Positions 32,121-42,131 of a stretch of 64,000 bases of DNA are shown one piece after another. How positions within the stretch are numbered: position 1 is the first letter of the stretch; each line of letters begins with the position of its first letter. Source of the stretch: an uncultured cyanobacterium (GTDB lineage: Bacteria; Cyanobacteriota; Cyanobacteriia; Cyanobacteriales; Nostocaceae); NCBI GenBank assembly GCA_963706595.1, contig OY970166.1, forward strand, positions 960,001 through 1,024,000, given 5' to 3'. Below the pieces are notes generated by a model. That model saw nothing but the letters and a program-made list of their open reading frames with translations, made no database searches and was not told the DNA's origin. The position numbers and the translations under genes were made by a program.

Positions 32121-32489
32121 TTCCAGTCATCTATTAAGCAAAGGCTTTGGCTCATTCTGTAAAAAATTATTTGACTCTATGGTTCATCATTTCTATGACT
32201 GGTATCGAATAAATAGCATTATGAATTATTTATGGAATTATGATTTTGGTAATGTTGACGTGTTGGAAGGAAGAATTAACGAACCACGAAGGCACTAGAT
32301 TCTAAATTTGGAAGAAGGCAAGTTAGCAGAGTATAAAATGGGAGAAGGAAACGAAGGAAGAGGAGGAAAAAGAGATCAACAAATTTCATCTATTTTTCAT
32401 CTAATGCAACATTTTAAGCTTGCCACACTACTACCTGTCTGTAAGCACAAAGCGCAGGCTACGCCAACAGTAATCAAATATTAGTCCTA

Positions 32490-32650
32490 TATCTAGTTGC
32501 TGACTCTCTTAATTGCTCAATATCTTGTCGTAATATGCTGCTTTAATACGAGGATTAGTTTCGTAGCGTAGTGCATCCTCGAACTCCTTAAGCAGTTTGA
32601 GGTCTTGGTCAACGTTGTTGGCTAAGTCTTGGAGTCTTTTATTGAGAACG
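32490..32650 (-). pseudogene. coding remnant (helical domain) with frameshift
   Basis: KRLQDLANNVDQDLKLLKEFEDALRYETNPRIKAAY / RQDIEQLRESATRY, cut at a TAGGACT element-like end. Confidence 0.4.
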
Positions 32651-32992
32651 GAAGAAATTACAATCTGGATTTTGGTTTGCAGTTTAGTGGCTTATGTTAC
32701 CTTAACATTTTTTACTTCTGAAGTGATTAGCATGGCAATGAAATACATTAAATTTTCAGGATTATTATTTCACGATGGGATGTCTGCGGGGGCGTAGCAA
32801 TTATCACTAAAATACCTAGTTTCATTGAAAATTAAGTTATTTAATTGACAATTTAATCCTGATTTCACAAAATTGCGTTGCTACCAAGTTCACTTATGTG
32901 GTAATTTTTTTACCAACCGAAGCAAAGTTAAAACCTTTAGGGATGAGAAATTTCTTTGGTATTCAAAAATGCTATGAGAACTTGATACGTAA

Positions 32993-33367
32993 GTGAATAG
33001 ATATCTAATTATAGGAATTATCGTAACTTTTTTAGGGGAAGCTTTCATCGGCAAAACTTGGGCGCAGCCTCCCAATTGCATTGCCAACAGTTTACCCGCA
33101 TTTACCAAACCCGCCAATAGTGTCAACCAGGGCAATGTGATTGTGATTGGCAGAGTTGCAGCCCGTCCTTATGTAGTTGTTGTTCCCAACAATTCAGACA
33201 CAGCCTTAGATACTGTCAAGAGATATATTGGCGATGCCTTTTTAGCACAGCACAAACTGGGTCCTTACATACACGCTGGAGGATTTGCACAAAGGAAGCA
33301 AGCACAGTGCTGGTCTAATTTGTTGAGATATCACGGACTAGATGCACGAGTTGTTTATTTTCGTTGA
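32993..33367 (+). CDS. small secreted protein (SPOR-like C-terminus)
   Basis: Signal peptide; PYVVVVP, YI.AG.F..R..A...L...GLDARV.Y. Confidence 0.7.
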   Translation: MNRYLIIGIIVTFLGEAFIGKTWAQPPNCIANSLPAFTKPANSVNQGNVIVIGRVAARPYVVVVPNNSDTALDTVKRYIGDAFLAQHKLGPYIHAGGFAQRKQAQCWSNLLRYHGLDARVVYFR

Positions 33368-33369
33368 AA

Positions 33370-33571
33370 CTCACATCTTCCACCTAGCCCTGGAACCCTG
33401 GGAAATCACAGCTATACAAACTAAGTCCGCACTATGGCTAACGCCACGCTACGCTAACGACAAGCTCAGTGACCGCCTGCGCGGACTAACAGAAAATCAA
33501 GGTTTTCAACCCACGTAGGTGGGTTTCGCCTGTGTAGCCGCGACTTCTAGTCGCCTGGTGCAAGATATGAG
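33370..33571. mobile_element. MITE with REP cargo and nested short repeats (GAAA duplication)
   Basis: GAAA|CTCACATCTTCCACC...GGTGCAAGATATGAG|GAAA. Confidence 0.75.
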
Positions 33572-33616
33572 GAAAGCTATTGTTGCTGAGAATCTATTTT
33601 TTAAATTGGTCCAAAC

Positions 33617-34453
33617 ATGATGAAACCTTGGTGGATTGGTAAATTTATTCTGCTGCAAGTGCTGTTAGTTGGTACTCTTCATGCTTCCGCCGCAGATCGT
33701 CGTTTACAGGTGACAGTAAAACGCTGGTTAGAGGTGCGCCAGCCCATTGGACAGGTGCTGTATTCCCGTGGAAAGACTTCTCAACCAGCTCGCAGCGGCC
33801 TCAGACTCCAAGCGGTGGGAGATACAATTATTACCAAGCAAAACTCCAGTGCAGTTCTGTCCATAGATATAGGCACGGGCTTGATTAAAATCTCAGAAAA
33901 TACAAATGTCAATATCCAAAAACTAGATAGGGGAAGGGGAGGAGAACAGATTACACAACTCCAGGTCAAGGCTGGGCAAGTTCGTCTCCAGATTCGTCCA
34001 TTTACTAATCCAGCCTCCCGTTTAGATATTAAATCACCGGCTGGGGTGGCTGGGGTGCGGGGTACTGATTTTGGTGTAAACGTACAGCAGAATGGCAAAA
34101 TGGGCGTGGCAACTTTGTCGGGTAGTGTAGCGACAAATGCCCAAGGGAAGACGGTTCTAGTTAAGGCTGGTTTCCAAAATGTGACGATTCCCGGTGAACC
34201 GCCTTCAAAACCCGTGCCTCTACAGGAAAATACTCGTCTGAATATCCGTGAACTCTCCGCTAGTGGTAATCAGGTGAGAATTGTCGGTAGTGTTGATCCG
34301 GTAAACCTGCTGATAATTGCCAAGCAGGATCGAAAAACAGATTTTAGTGGCAAATTTGATATTACTGTTCCTTTACTGCCTAACCGCAAAGTAGAAGCTG
34401 TTGTGGTGACTCCTTTAGGAACAAGACAATTGTATGAGTTGGCGGTTCCTTAG
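33617..34453 (+). CDS. FecR-domain exported protein
   Basis: Signal peptide; L..VGDTI.T...SSA.L, G.I.I.ENT, I.SPAGVAGVRGTDF.V. Confidence 0.85.
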   Translation: MMKPWWIGKFILLQVLLVGTLHASAADRRLQVTVKRWLEVRQPIGQVLYSRGKTSQPARSGLRLQAVGDTIITKQNSSAVLSIDIGTGLIKISENTNVNIQKLDRGRGGEQITQLQVKAGQVRLQIRPFTNPASRLDIKSPAGVAGVRGTDFGVNVQQNGKMGVATLSGSVATNAQGKTVLVKAGFQNVTIPGEPPSKPVPLQENTRLNIRELSASGNQVRIVGSVDPVNLLIIAKQDRKTDFSGKFDITVPLLPNRKVEAVVVTPLGTRQLYELAVP

Positions 34454-34467
34454 TTTAATGTGATGAC

Positions 34468-36333
34468 ATGATCATTCCCGAATGGAGAAAATCTCTGAGA
34501 GATATTCCCAAGTGCCTCCGACGTTCCATTTTAGAAAACCATTTACTGTTTCCTGGTATATTAACTACGCTGTTGTCTTTGGGTTTATGGCAAATAGGCG
34601 CTTGGCAACCCTTAGAGCTATTAGGATTTAATTTATTGTTTAATGTGCGTCATTCTTTAGTCCCTACTGATTGGGATTCGCGCCTGGCTGTAATTGGCAT
34701 TGACGATGCTACATTGCGTCAGTATGGAGAGTTTCCACTTGCACGCGATCGCTATACTCAATTATTAACTACTTTAGAAGCTGCTTCCCCCGCCGCTATT
34801 GGCTTTGATATTCTGTTTATCGAACCCAGTCATCACGATGCGGGACTAGCTGAAGCAATGGAAATCAATGGTCAAGTTGTTTTGGCGATCGCACCCAGTT
34901 TGCAGAGACAGACGCTTCGCCCAGTGCCAGTTTTAGATCGTGTGACTAGCAAAGGGCATATTGTCAGTAATGCCGATTTGGATGGGGTAACACGTCAATT
35001 CTCCCTCTACATCGATCAAGTCCCCAGCCTGAGTATGACGTTGCTACAAGCATACAATCACAGTTTGCAGTATACCTTTACCTCAGATACCACTAACTCT
35101 AAGCAATCACTGATTCCTTTACCATCTCTGCAATCAGGAGTAACAACAGTATCGATTAATTGGGTAGCACCAACACAGGGTAAGCAAGGAATCCCCACCT
35201 ATTCCCTGGCTGATGTGATTCAGAGAAAAGTAGATACAACCAAACTAAAAAACAAAATTTTGTTAGTGGGATTGACTGCTACAGGTACACATGATCCCTT
35301 AAAAACTCCCTTCGAGCAAATATCGCCCACATTTGGGGTCTACCTCCATGCGGCTGTAATTGATAATCTCCTCAACCAGCGATTTCTGCAAACTTTACCC
35401 CGAAAATTTGAACGTTGGCTATTATTTAGTGTGGTGATCAGTTCAACTTTGATACTAACACCTTTGAAGTTTCCTCAAAGAATTTTTATTTTGGGATTGT
35501 TGCCGATTCTTTGGTTCAGTATATCCCTACTAGCTTTAACAAGATTTAATTTCTGGTTGCCGACATCTGCGCCCATTGGCACAATTATTTTGAGTGGCTT
35601 AAGTGTTCAGTGGCAAGAACAAAAAGAAAAACAACAATTGATGAATTTATTTGCTCGTCATGTTTCCCAAGAAACAGCGACATTAATTTGGCAGCATCGC
35701 AACGAAATTTTTCAAAATGGTCAATTAGATGCTAAAGAAATGGTAGCAACGGTTTTATTTACTGATATTCGCAAGTTTACTACTATTTCTGAGGGGATGA
35801 AACCACGAGATTTACTCGACTGGTTAAACTCTTATTTAGGTGCTATGGCTGAGTGCATTCAACAGCATCACGGAGTGGTTGATAAATACATTGGCGATGC
35901 TATTATGGCTGTTTTTGGTATTCCCTTCCCCCACACTCTTCCCGGAGAAATCCAACAGGATGCTATTCAGGCTGTCTCTGCTGCAATTGCTATGCAGGAA
36001 CGATTAGTATTGTTGAACAAGGAATTAGCAAAACTGGGAAAACCTACTATTAGTATTGGCATTGGCATTCATACTGGTCTAGTGGTTGCTGGCAGTATTG
36101 GGGGATATCAAAGATTGAATTATTCTGTATTGGGAGATGCGGTAAATATTGCCGCTCGTTTGGAACAACTCAACAAAAATGTCAAAGAGGAAAATTCTTA
36201 TAATATTTTAGTCAGCGAAACAACATATCAGCTAATTAAGCAGCATTTTTCTACTCAAAAAGTGCAGCAGATGCAACTGCGTGGGCGGCAACAATTAACA
36301 ATGATTTATTCTATTACCAGTCGTAGTGCCTAA
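34468..36333 (+). CDS. CHASE2-domain class III adenylate/guanylate cyclase
   Basis: CHASE2 (VIGIDD, IGFDILF, D.DG..R, GV..HA), 3 TMs, cyclase TVLFTDIR.FT, VDKYIGDA, IGIHTG, GD.VN.AARLE. Confidence 0.92.
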   Translation: MIIPEWRKSLRDIPKCLRRSILENHLLFPGILTTLLSLGLWQIGAWQPLELLGFNLLFNVRHSLVPTDWDSRLAVIGIDDATLRQYGEFPLARDRYTQLLTTLEAASPAAIGFDILFIEPSHHDAGLAEAMEINGQVVLAIAPSLQRQTLRPVPVLDRVTSKGHIVSNADLDGVTRQFSLYIDQVPSLSMTLLQAYNHSLQYTFTSDTTNSKQSLIPLPSLQSGVTTVSINWVAPTQGKQGIPTYSLADVIQRKVDTTKLKNKILLVGLTATGTHDPLKTPFEQISPTFGVYLHAAVIDNLLNQRFLQTLPRKFERWLLFSVVISSTLILTPLKFPQRIFILGLLPILWFSISLLALTRFNFWLPTSAPIGTIILSGLSVQWQEQKEKQQLMNLFARHVSQETATLIWQHRNEIFQNGQLDAKEMVATVLFTDIRKFTTISEGMKPRDLLDWLNSYLGAMAECIQQHHGVVDKYIGDAIMAVFGIPFPHTLPGEIQQDAIQAVSAAIAMQERLVLLNKELAKLGKPTISIGIGIHTGLVVAGSIGGYQRLNYSVLGDAVNIAARLEQLNKNVKEENSYNILVSETTYQLIKQHFSTQKVQQMQLRGRQQLTMIYSITSRSA

Positions 36334-36362
36334 ATTACCCGAATAGAATTCGGGGGAGTATG

Positions 36363-37703
36363 TCAATGAGTAATTTTAAATTCTAAGACTTTGCTTTTAC
36401 CAGGATTCATTAATCCATAAGGATCAACCATTTCTTTAAATTTTAACTGCTCAGGGTCAATGACCTTTCTGCCGCCATCTTCAATAATATATGTGTGGGG
36501 ATTGGCAATAGAGACACCCTTGGCTTCGTGATAGCGAATAATTTCATTCAGGCGTTCTTCTGTGCTGTAACGCACAAGTTGTAAAGCACCAGGAATTACT
36601 TTACCATTGACTCGAAAAAATTCTAAATGCATCATCACTTCATCACCAAAATAATGAGACAGATGCTCTATCAGTTCTAAGTTAGCATCAGATGGAAACA
36701 TACTTTGTAAATAAGTAATGGAAGTATCTACACTTCGGGCGTGAAGAGTGGTGTGATTCCAAGTAAATTCTCCCAAGTTGATACTTTTTTCTGTGGTTAG
36801 TTTTTGATATGTAATCTCTCCACCGTATTGCTGCACTAAACCGGGTAATAATTCTAAGCTGGATTCAGCCAGCATTAACAAGACTGAGTGAGTACCTTCA
36901 GGAATATACTGTTGCAGAGGATGAAAGTATTGGGAAATAGGCGATGCAAATACCGAAATCAGTTTTTTAATCATGCCATCAGCATTACCCAGGGCTTGCC
37001 CAAACTTGGCTGCTGCCATAAAATCGTCAAATGTGACAATCACTTCTGCCCAAGGGTAAGCAGGTCCTAAAGGAATTTCGGCTTCGGTGATTATGCCATT
37101 AATTCCCCAAGCATGAGTCACTTTCTGCACATCGTCGCCACGTAATTCGATCACGCGAGGCTGATCTTCTAAAGTTACCACTCGCAGGGCTAAAATATTA
37201 CCGCGATCGCCTAATAACCCATATTGTATTGACCCAATACCGCCACTCCCACCAGCAATAAATCCCCCAATAGTCGCTGTGCGGTATGTAGAAGGAGCCA
37301 TGCGAATTTCCCAGCCAATTTCTCGCGCTTTTTTATCGATAGCAGCCAACTTCACCCCAGCTTCTACCCGCGCCACCCCAGGCTTTACCCAAGGTATCCC
37401 CTGCATCTTCGACATATCTAAAATTACGCCGCCATGTAAAGGCACACACTGTCCATAATTACCAGTTCCTGCGCCTCTGACCGTCACAGGTATTTGGCAT
37501 TGGACACAAGCGGCTGCAACCTTGATTACTTCTTCCTCATTAGCCGGACGCACCACAATATCCCCAACTTTCCCCGCCAGCTTGGGGACTAAAACCGGAC
37601 TAAAAGTGTGATAATCCTGGGATAACTTAGCCACCTGAGTGGGTTCGGTAACAATTTCTATACCTTCGAGAGAATTAATCAAATTATCTAAAGTTTTCGT
37701 CAT
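36363..37703 (-). CDS. FAD-binding oxidoreductase (VAO/GlcD superfamily)
   Basis: RGAGTGNYGQ, ATIGGFIAGG, K...DP.GLMNPGK. Confidence 0.88.
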   Translation of the reverse strand: MTKTLDNLINSLEGIEIVTEPTQVAKLSQDYHTFSPVLVPKLAGKVGDIVVRPANEEEVIKVAAACVQCQIPVTVRGAGTGNYGQCVPLHGGVILDMSKMQGIPWVKPGVARVEAGVKLAAIDKKAREIGWEIRMAPSTYRTATIGGFIAGGSGGIGSIQYGLLGDRGNILALRVVTLEDQPRVIELRGDDVQKVTHAWGINGIITEAEIPLGPAYPWAEVIVTFDDFMAAAKFGQALGNADGMIKKLISVFASPISQYFHPLQQYIPEGTHSVLLMLAESSLELLPGLVQQYGGEITYQKLTTEKSINLGEFTWNHTTLHARSVDTSITYLQSMFPSDANLELIEHLSHYFGDEVMMHLEFFRVNGKVIPGALQLVRYSTEERLNEIIRYHEAKGVSIANPHTYIIEDGGRKVIDPEQLKFKEMVDPYGLMNPGKSKVLEFKITH

Positions 37704-37935
37704 AGTTCATATCCTCTTTTTTTAAACCCAGACCTAACTCCGCGTCCCTTTGCGGTTGGAATTTTCCCACTCCTACTTACTCAATATAAACTGGCAGCGA
37801 CTGATGCGATCGCGAGTCGCAAGAGACAAAAAATCAAACTTTGAGCCAAAAAAAGCTAAACACTTTTTCAGTCATTCTGCTAATCTGAGTAAATTTCCTT
37901 AAAATCTATCAAGTGAGCGCGCGAGGCTACGAAGA

Positions 37936-38727
37936 TTGGACGACAACTATCAAACTTACCTAAATCGGGTAGCAAGAATGACGCTACCAGAAGCTTACAG
38001 ATCCCAAATTCAGCACATTCAGGAATCTGCTAAGTTTCATTTGCATTCTGGCTCCAGACAAGCCGCACCTTTTCCTGGGTATTCACTCATTACCCCACCG
38101 GCGGCAGAACAACCAAAAAACGCGGCTTTCCATGCCAAATTAGAATCTTACCAGCAGGAACTTTTACAGTTACCTGTGGGCTGTGATTTGATTGTCCCTC
38201 TACCCCCTGCTAGCTTTCATTTGACTTTAGCTGACTTGATTTGGGACAGTGCTTATGTTCATGCGTGTGAAAAAGACCCTGAATTTGACCAACATTTACG
38301 TTCTTGTTGTGCTGAAATATTGCAGCAGTATCAACAATCCTTGACAAATGGAACTGAGCCGATTCAATGGCAAATGTTGGGATTAATCGTGATGCCGAGA
38401 GCCGTCGGTGTTTGTTTAGTCCCGAAGGATGAACGCTGCTATGAGCAGATTATTCAATTTCGCCGCAAAATCTATCAAAATCCGAAGTTAATGGCTTTGG
38501 GTATTGAACAGCATTATCACCATTTTACAGCCCACGTCACATTAGGCTATTTTGGGGAGGTTTCACCAGACTTAGACCGTAAAAATCTCGGTACTATGCT
38601 TTGGGAGTTGAATCAGCAATGGCAACTCAATTCTCCAGAATTTTTAATCCACCGTGTGGAACTACGAAAATTTGACGATATGACACACTACTATCGTGAA
38701 GCAGACTGGCCGAGTTTAAATTTTTAG
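37936..38727 (+). CDS. DUF1868 / 2H phosphoesterase-like protein
   Basis: PFPGY, two HxT motifs (FHLTL, AHVTLGYF); TTG start. Confidence 0.8.
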   Translation: MDDNYQTYLNRVARMTLPEAYRSQIQHIQESAKFHLHSGSRQAAPFPGYSLITPPAAEQPKNAAFHAKLESYQQELLQLPVGCDLIVPLPPASFHLTLADLIWDSAYVHACEKDPEFDQHLRSCCAEILQQYQQSLTNGTEPIQWQMLGLIVMPRAVGVCLVPKDERCYEQIIQFRRKIYQNPKLMALGIEQHYHHFTAHVTLGYFGEVSPDLDRKNLGTMLWELNQQWQLNSPEFLIHRVELRKFDDMTHYYREADWPSLNF

Positions 38728-38967
38728 TCTCATCAAATAAATACCAGAATCTTTATTTTTAAAGGTTTTGGTAAACTAGGCGTAAGTTGGCTGAAGCGTT
38801 GGTCAAGCCAACTTACAAATTTTTTGGCATCAATCTTGCTTGAAGAGGAGAATTTTCCACGAGTCAGATATTTCTAATTGTGTTGATTGATTAATCTTGA
38901 TACACAAACTCAGCACAAATGGCTAAAGTGTGCGATTATAAAGAAAATATTAAGAAAGGCAAAAATC

Positions 38968-39204
38968 ATGATCACTACTAAAATGATGCAACAGATTTGG
39001 GCTGTAATCGAGTCTACTCAAGTCACTACTTTGCTCCAGTTTGATGATGCTGCTTTAGTACAATTACTCATGAACAAGTTCAAATCTCAGCAAGTGCTTG
39101 ACATCCAGACAGATACTAGCCTCAATACCTACATCGAATCTAAACTGCCCTTAATTCGTGATACAGCTGAAGGACGACTATCCTTTGGAAAAGGCAATCA
39201 TTAG
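38968..39204 (+). CDS. small conserved hypothetical protein
   Basis: W.VIE.TQ..LL..DD..LV, YI..KLPLIRD.A; ATG at 38968. Confidence 0.65.
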   Translation: MITTKMMQQIWAVIESTQVTTLLQFDDAALVQLLMNKFKSQQVLDIQTDTSLNTYIESKLPLIRDTAEGRLSFGKGNH

Positions 39205-39277
39205 TGCAATAAACAAAATAATTACACATAATTAATATATATGGTCAATTATTATCTCAGAATTTAACGACAAAATT

Positions 39278-39544
39278 ATGAATCACTGGCTAGGAATTGC
39301 CCTGGTAGCTTATCTCATTGGAGCAGCAATTGAAGGGGTGAGTACAGTCAGTCAGCTATCTCGTTCAGTTCAACAGCTAGCTCAAGGCACGCAAAACCAA
39401 TCATCAGAATCAGATCCTCCGCCTAGCTTAAATTGGCAACTTTTGACCACCATTGCCTCGGTCAGTATCTGTGGAGCTTTTTGCTGGCCTTGCCGACTGT
39501 TCCACCGTTCAATTAAAGGGTGCATTTCATCTAAAAAATTGTAA
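39278..39544 (+). CDS. small membrane hypothetical protein
   Basis: 88 aa ORF with two hydrophobic segments. Confidence 0.55.
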   Translation: MNHWLGIALVAYLIGAAIEGVSTVSQLSRSVQQLAQGTQNQSSESDPPPSLNWQLLTTIASVSICGAFCWPCRLFHRSIKGCISSKKL

Positions 39545-39642
39545 ATTATATAACTTATTATGAATTTTTTTGGCAATCTTATATTTGCGTAATATTGGGT
39601 TTGGTGTGCAACTTGTAGGCGCAACAGCTTATTTAGGCTTAT

Positions 39643-39891
39643 TTATGCCGTATGTATGGTTCGCTCATCTGTGTAGCACTCTAGGTCTAATCTTGCTAAA
39701 TAACTGGCGAATTCACTTGCATCATCCCAACTGGTAAATCGAGCATATAGTACGGAATTACCTTCTTTTTCGTCGAAACAGCACTCAGTCTTATAAACTT
39801 TACCCGATAAATACGCTTTAATTTCTTTGACACTTTCTGGGCTGAAGATATATTTATTTTCCCGGAAACCTTCTACACAATCGCCAGTCAC
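39643..39891 (-). CDS. hypothetical protein, start uncertain
   Basis: Protein-like composition only. Confidence 0.35.
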   Translation of the reverse strand: MTGDCVEGFRENKYIFSPESVKEIKAYLSGKVYKTECCFDEKEGNSVLYARFTSWDDASEFASYLARLDLECYTDERTIHTA

Positions 39892-40127
39892 AACAAATCT
39901 ATACTTACCCCTGAATTTGATAAATATGTCAATCCATTTATGGGTCGTTAGCTATCAGCAGTTTTTACCCGGATTTGTGTTTGATGTTTTTTGGTCTTTT
40001 ATACTCAATATGCTAACGCTAAATAAATGCTCATACTACTCCTAATAGGTAGTATGGAAAAACTAACCCATACTTCATAAGGATGTAAAATAAAAGTACA
40101 CAAAGATATAAGTTATTGAATTATCCT

Positions 40128-40916
40128 ATGCAAAACTCCACATCTGGAAATGACGGAGATTTTATCCGGCAGATTGCGACATTGACTGCAATTATTGGCG
40201 CTTTTCTTGTCAATGTAATATCAAATATTTTTCCGCTTAATGGATCTCGTATAGGTGATATTTCTAATACTTTGTTCGCTAATGTTCTGATTATCCCGGC
40301 TAATTATGCTTTTGCAATTTGGGGATTGATTTATCTAGGATTGTTCGCATTGGCAATTTACCAAGTTCTCCCCAACCAAAGACATGATCTAGATTTACGC
40401 AAAACTGGATATTTATTGGTAATTGCCTCTGTTGCTCAAAGTGTCTGGGTATATCTTTTCCTTTCTAGACTTTTTGCACTTTCTGTTGTGGCGATGTTGT
40501 TAATTCTCCTCCCATTAATTGCTGCTTATTTGCGTTTAGGGATTGGGAAAAAGCGTGTGTCTCAGAGTAAGAAGTGGTGCGTTCATTTTCCTATCAGTAT
40601 TTATCTGGGCTGGATTAGTGTGGCGACGATTGTGAATGTGGCTTCTTGGTTGTATTTCGTGGGGTGGAATGGATGGGGAATTTCTGCCCAATTATGGACT
40701 GCTATGATGTTATTGGTGGCTTTTTGTGTTGCAGCAGTCATTGTGAACCAGCGTCGAGACTTTGCTTATCCAGGAGTTAGTGTGTGGGCTTTGGTAGCGA
40801 TCGCACTCAAGCAGTGGAACAACTCTTTACTCAGGAATGTAGCATTAATTTTGGCCATTGCCTTAATTGTGATGATCACGGTGAAAAGTCTACAAAATCA
40901 ACGTACAGGGGCATAA
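40128..40916 (+). CDS. tryptophan-rich multi-TM protein (TspO/MBR-related)
   Basis: PA.YAF.IWGLIY, S.YLGWI.VAT..N motifs. Confidence 0.8.
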   Translation: MQNSTSGNDGDFIRQIATLTAIIGAFLVNVISNIFPLNGSRIGDISNTLFANVLIIPANYAFAIWGLIYLGLFALAIYQVLPNQRHDLDLRKTGYLLVIASVAQSVWVYLFLSRLFALSVVAMLLILLPLIAAYLRLGIGKKRVSQSKKWCVHFPISIYLGWISVATIVNVASWLYFVGWNGWGISAQLWTAMMLLVAFCVAAVIVNQRRDFAYPGVSVWALVAIALKQWNNSLLRNVALILAIALIVMITVKSLQNQRTGA

Positions 40917-40920
40917 ATGG

Positions 40921-42120
40921 ATGGAACCAAGTACTCATCCACAAGATTGGTCATGGCACTTTTGGCCGGCTGTACCACTCTATCCCTACGGTAGGCGACG
41001 GACAATTTGCGCGGAAATAGTCAAGGATACGATCTGGACATTCGACCAGCTTCAAGGCATTCTCTACACTGTTGTGCCGATTCGGATGACTGTAATTAAA
41101 CTCGCAGCCGGAGGTCTTCTGGTTTATGCACCAGTTGCTCCCACTGTTGAATGTGTGCGTCTAGTTAATGAGTTAGTCACCAAGCACGGTGATGTTAAGT
41201 ACATCATTTTGCCAACGAGTTCTGGTCTAGAACATAAAGTTTTTGTTGGACCTTTTGCTAGATGCTTTCCACAAGCGCAGGTTTTTGTGGCTCCCAATCA
41301 ATGGAGTTTCCCACTCAATTTACCCCTGAGTTGGCTGGGTTTTCCCCAAAAACGCACTCAGGTACTTCCATTCGATAGTAGCCAAAGTCCTTTTGCTGAT
41401 GAGTTTGATTATCAGGTGCTGGATATCGATTTGGGACGGGGTTCCTTTGCAGAAGTGGCATTTTTTCACAGGCGATCGCACACTCTGCTGCTGACTGATT
41501 CTATACTGTCTATACCAGAGGAACCACCTGCTATTACCCAATTAGATCCCTATCCCTTGCTGTTTCATGCTAGAGATCATGCTGGGGAAGCGATCGCAGA
41601 TTATCCAGAAAATCGCCGCAAGGGATGGCAACGAATTTCACTGTTTGCCGTTTATTTTCGTCCTCATGCCCTGGAAATCACTGGATTCGGGCAAATGTTT
41701 CGCGACGCATTCAAAGCACCACAGCATTCACCACAGGCTTATTTTGGTTTATTTCCCTTTCGCTGGCGAGAGGACTGGCGACAGTCATTCCATATCCTAC
41801 GAGGTAATGGACGTTTATTTGTAGCGCCGATCCTGCAAATTCTGATTCTCCCCCAAGCACCAAAACAAGTCCTGATCTGGGCTGATCAAGTTGCAACTTG
41901 GGATTTTCGCCAAATTATCGCCTGTCATTTTGATTCGCCTATTCAGGCCAGTCCCGCTCAATTCCGCCAAGCATTTAATTTTCTAGAAAAGCCACCCGCC
42001 TTAAATAAGGACTTATCTGAAAACAGAAACCAGCCTCTGTCACCGTCAGATATGCAATTCATTCGAGAAATTGAGGCGACTCTAACTAAGCAGGGGATCG
42101 CAAAGCCACCTAAAATCTAA
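40921..42120 (+). CDS. DUF4336 family protein
   Basis: PLYPYG.R.T, RMTV.KL..GGL.V..PVAPT, EHK.F, E..FFH..S.TLL.TD. Confidence 0.85.
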   Translation: MEPSTHPQDWSWHFWPAVPLYPYGRRRTICAEIVKDTIWTFDQLQGILYTVVPIRMTVIKLAAGGLLVYAPVAPTVECVRLVNELVTKHGDVKYIILPTSSGLEHKVFVGPFARCFPQAQVFVAPNQWSFPLNLPLSWLGFPQKRTQVLPFDSSQSPFADEFDYQVLDIDLGRGSFAEVAFFHRRSHTLLLTDSILSIPEEPPAITQLDPYPLLFHARDHAGEAIADYPENRRKGWQRISLFAVYFRPHALEITGFGQMFRDAFKAPQHSPQAYFGLFPFRWREDWRQSFHILRGNGRLFVAPILQILILPQAPKQVLIWADQVATWDFRQIIACHFDSPIQASPAQFRQAFNFLEKPPALNKDLSENRNQPLSPSDMQFIREIEATLTKQGIAKPPKI

Positions 42121-42131
42121 TTGGTAAAATA

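Noticed and set aside
36363..37703. glcD completing the glcEF pair
   Set aside because: Same superfamily, but it lacks the GlcD-type HAGDGN.H and GEHG.G motifs.
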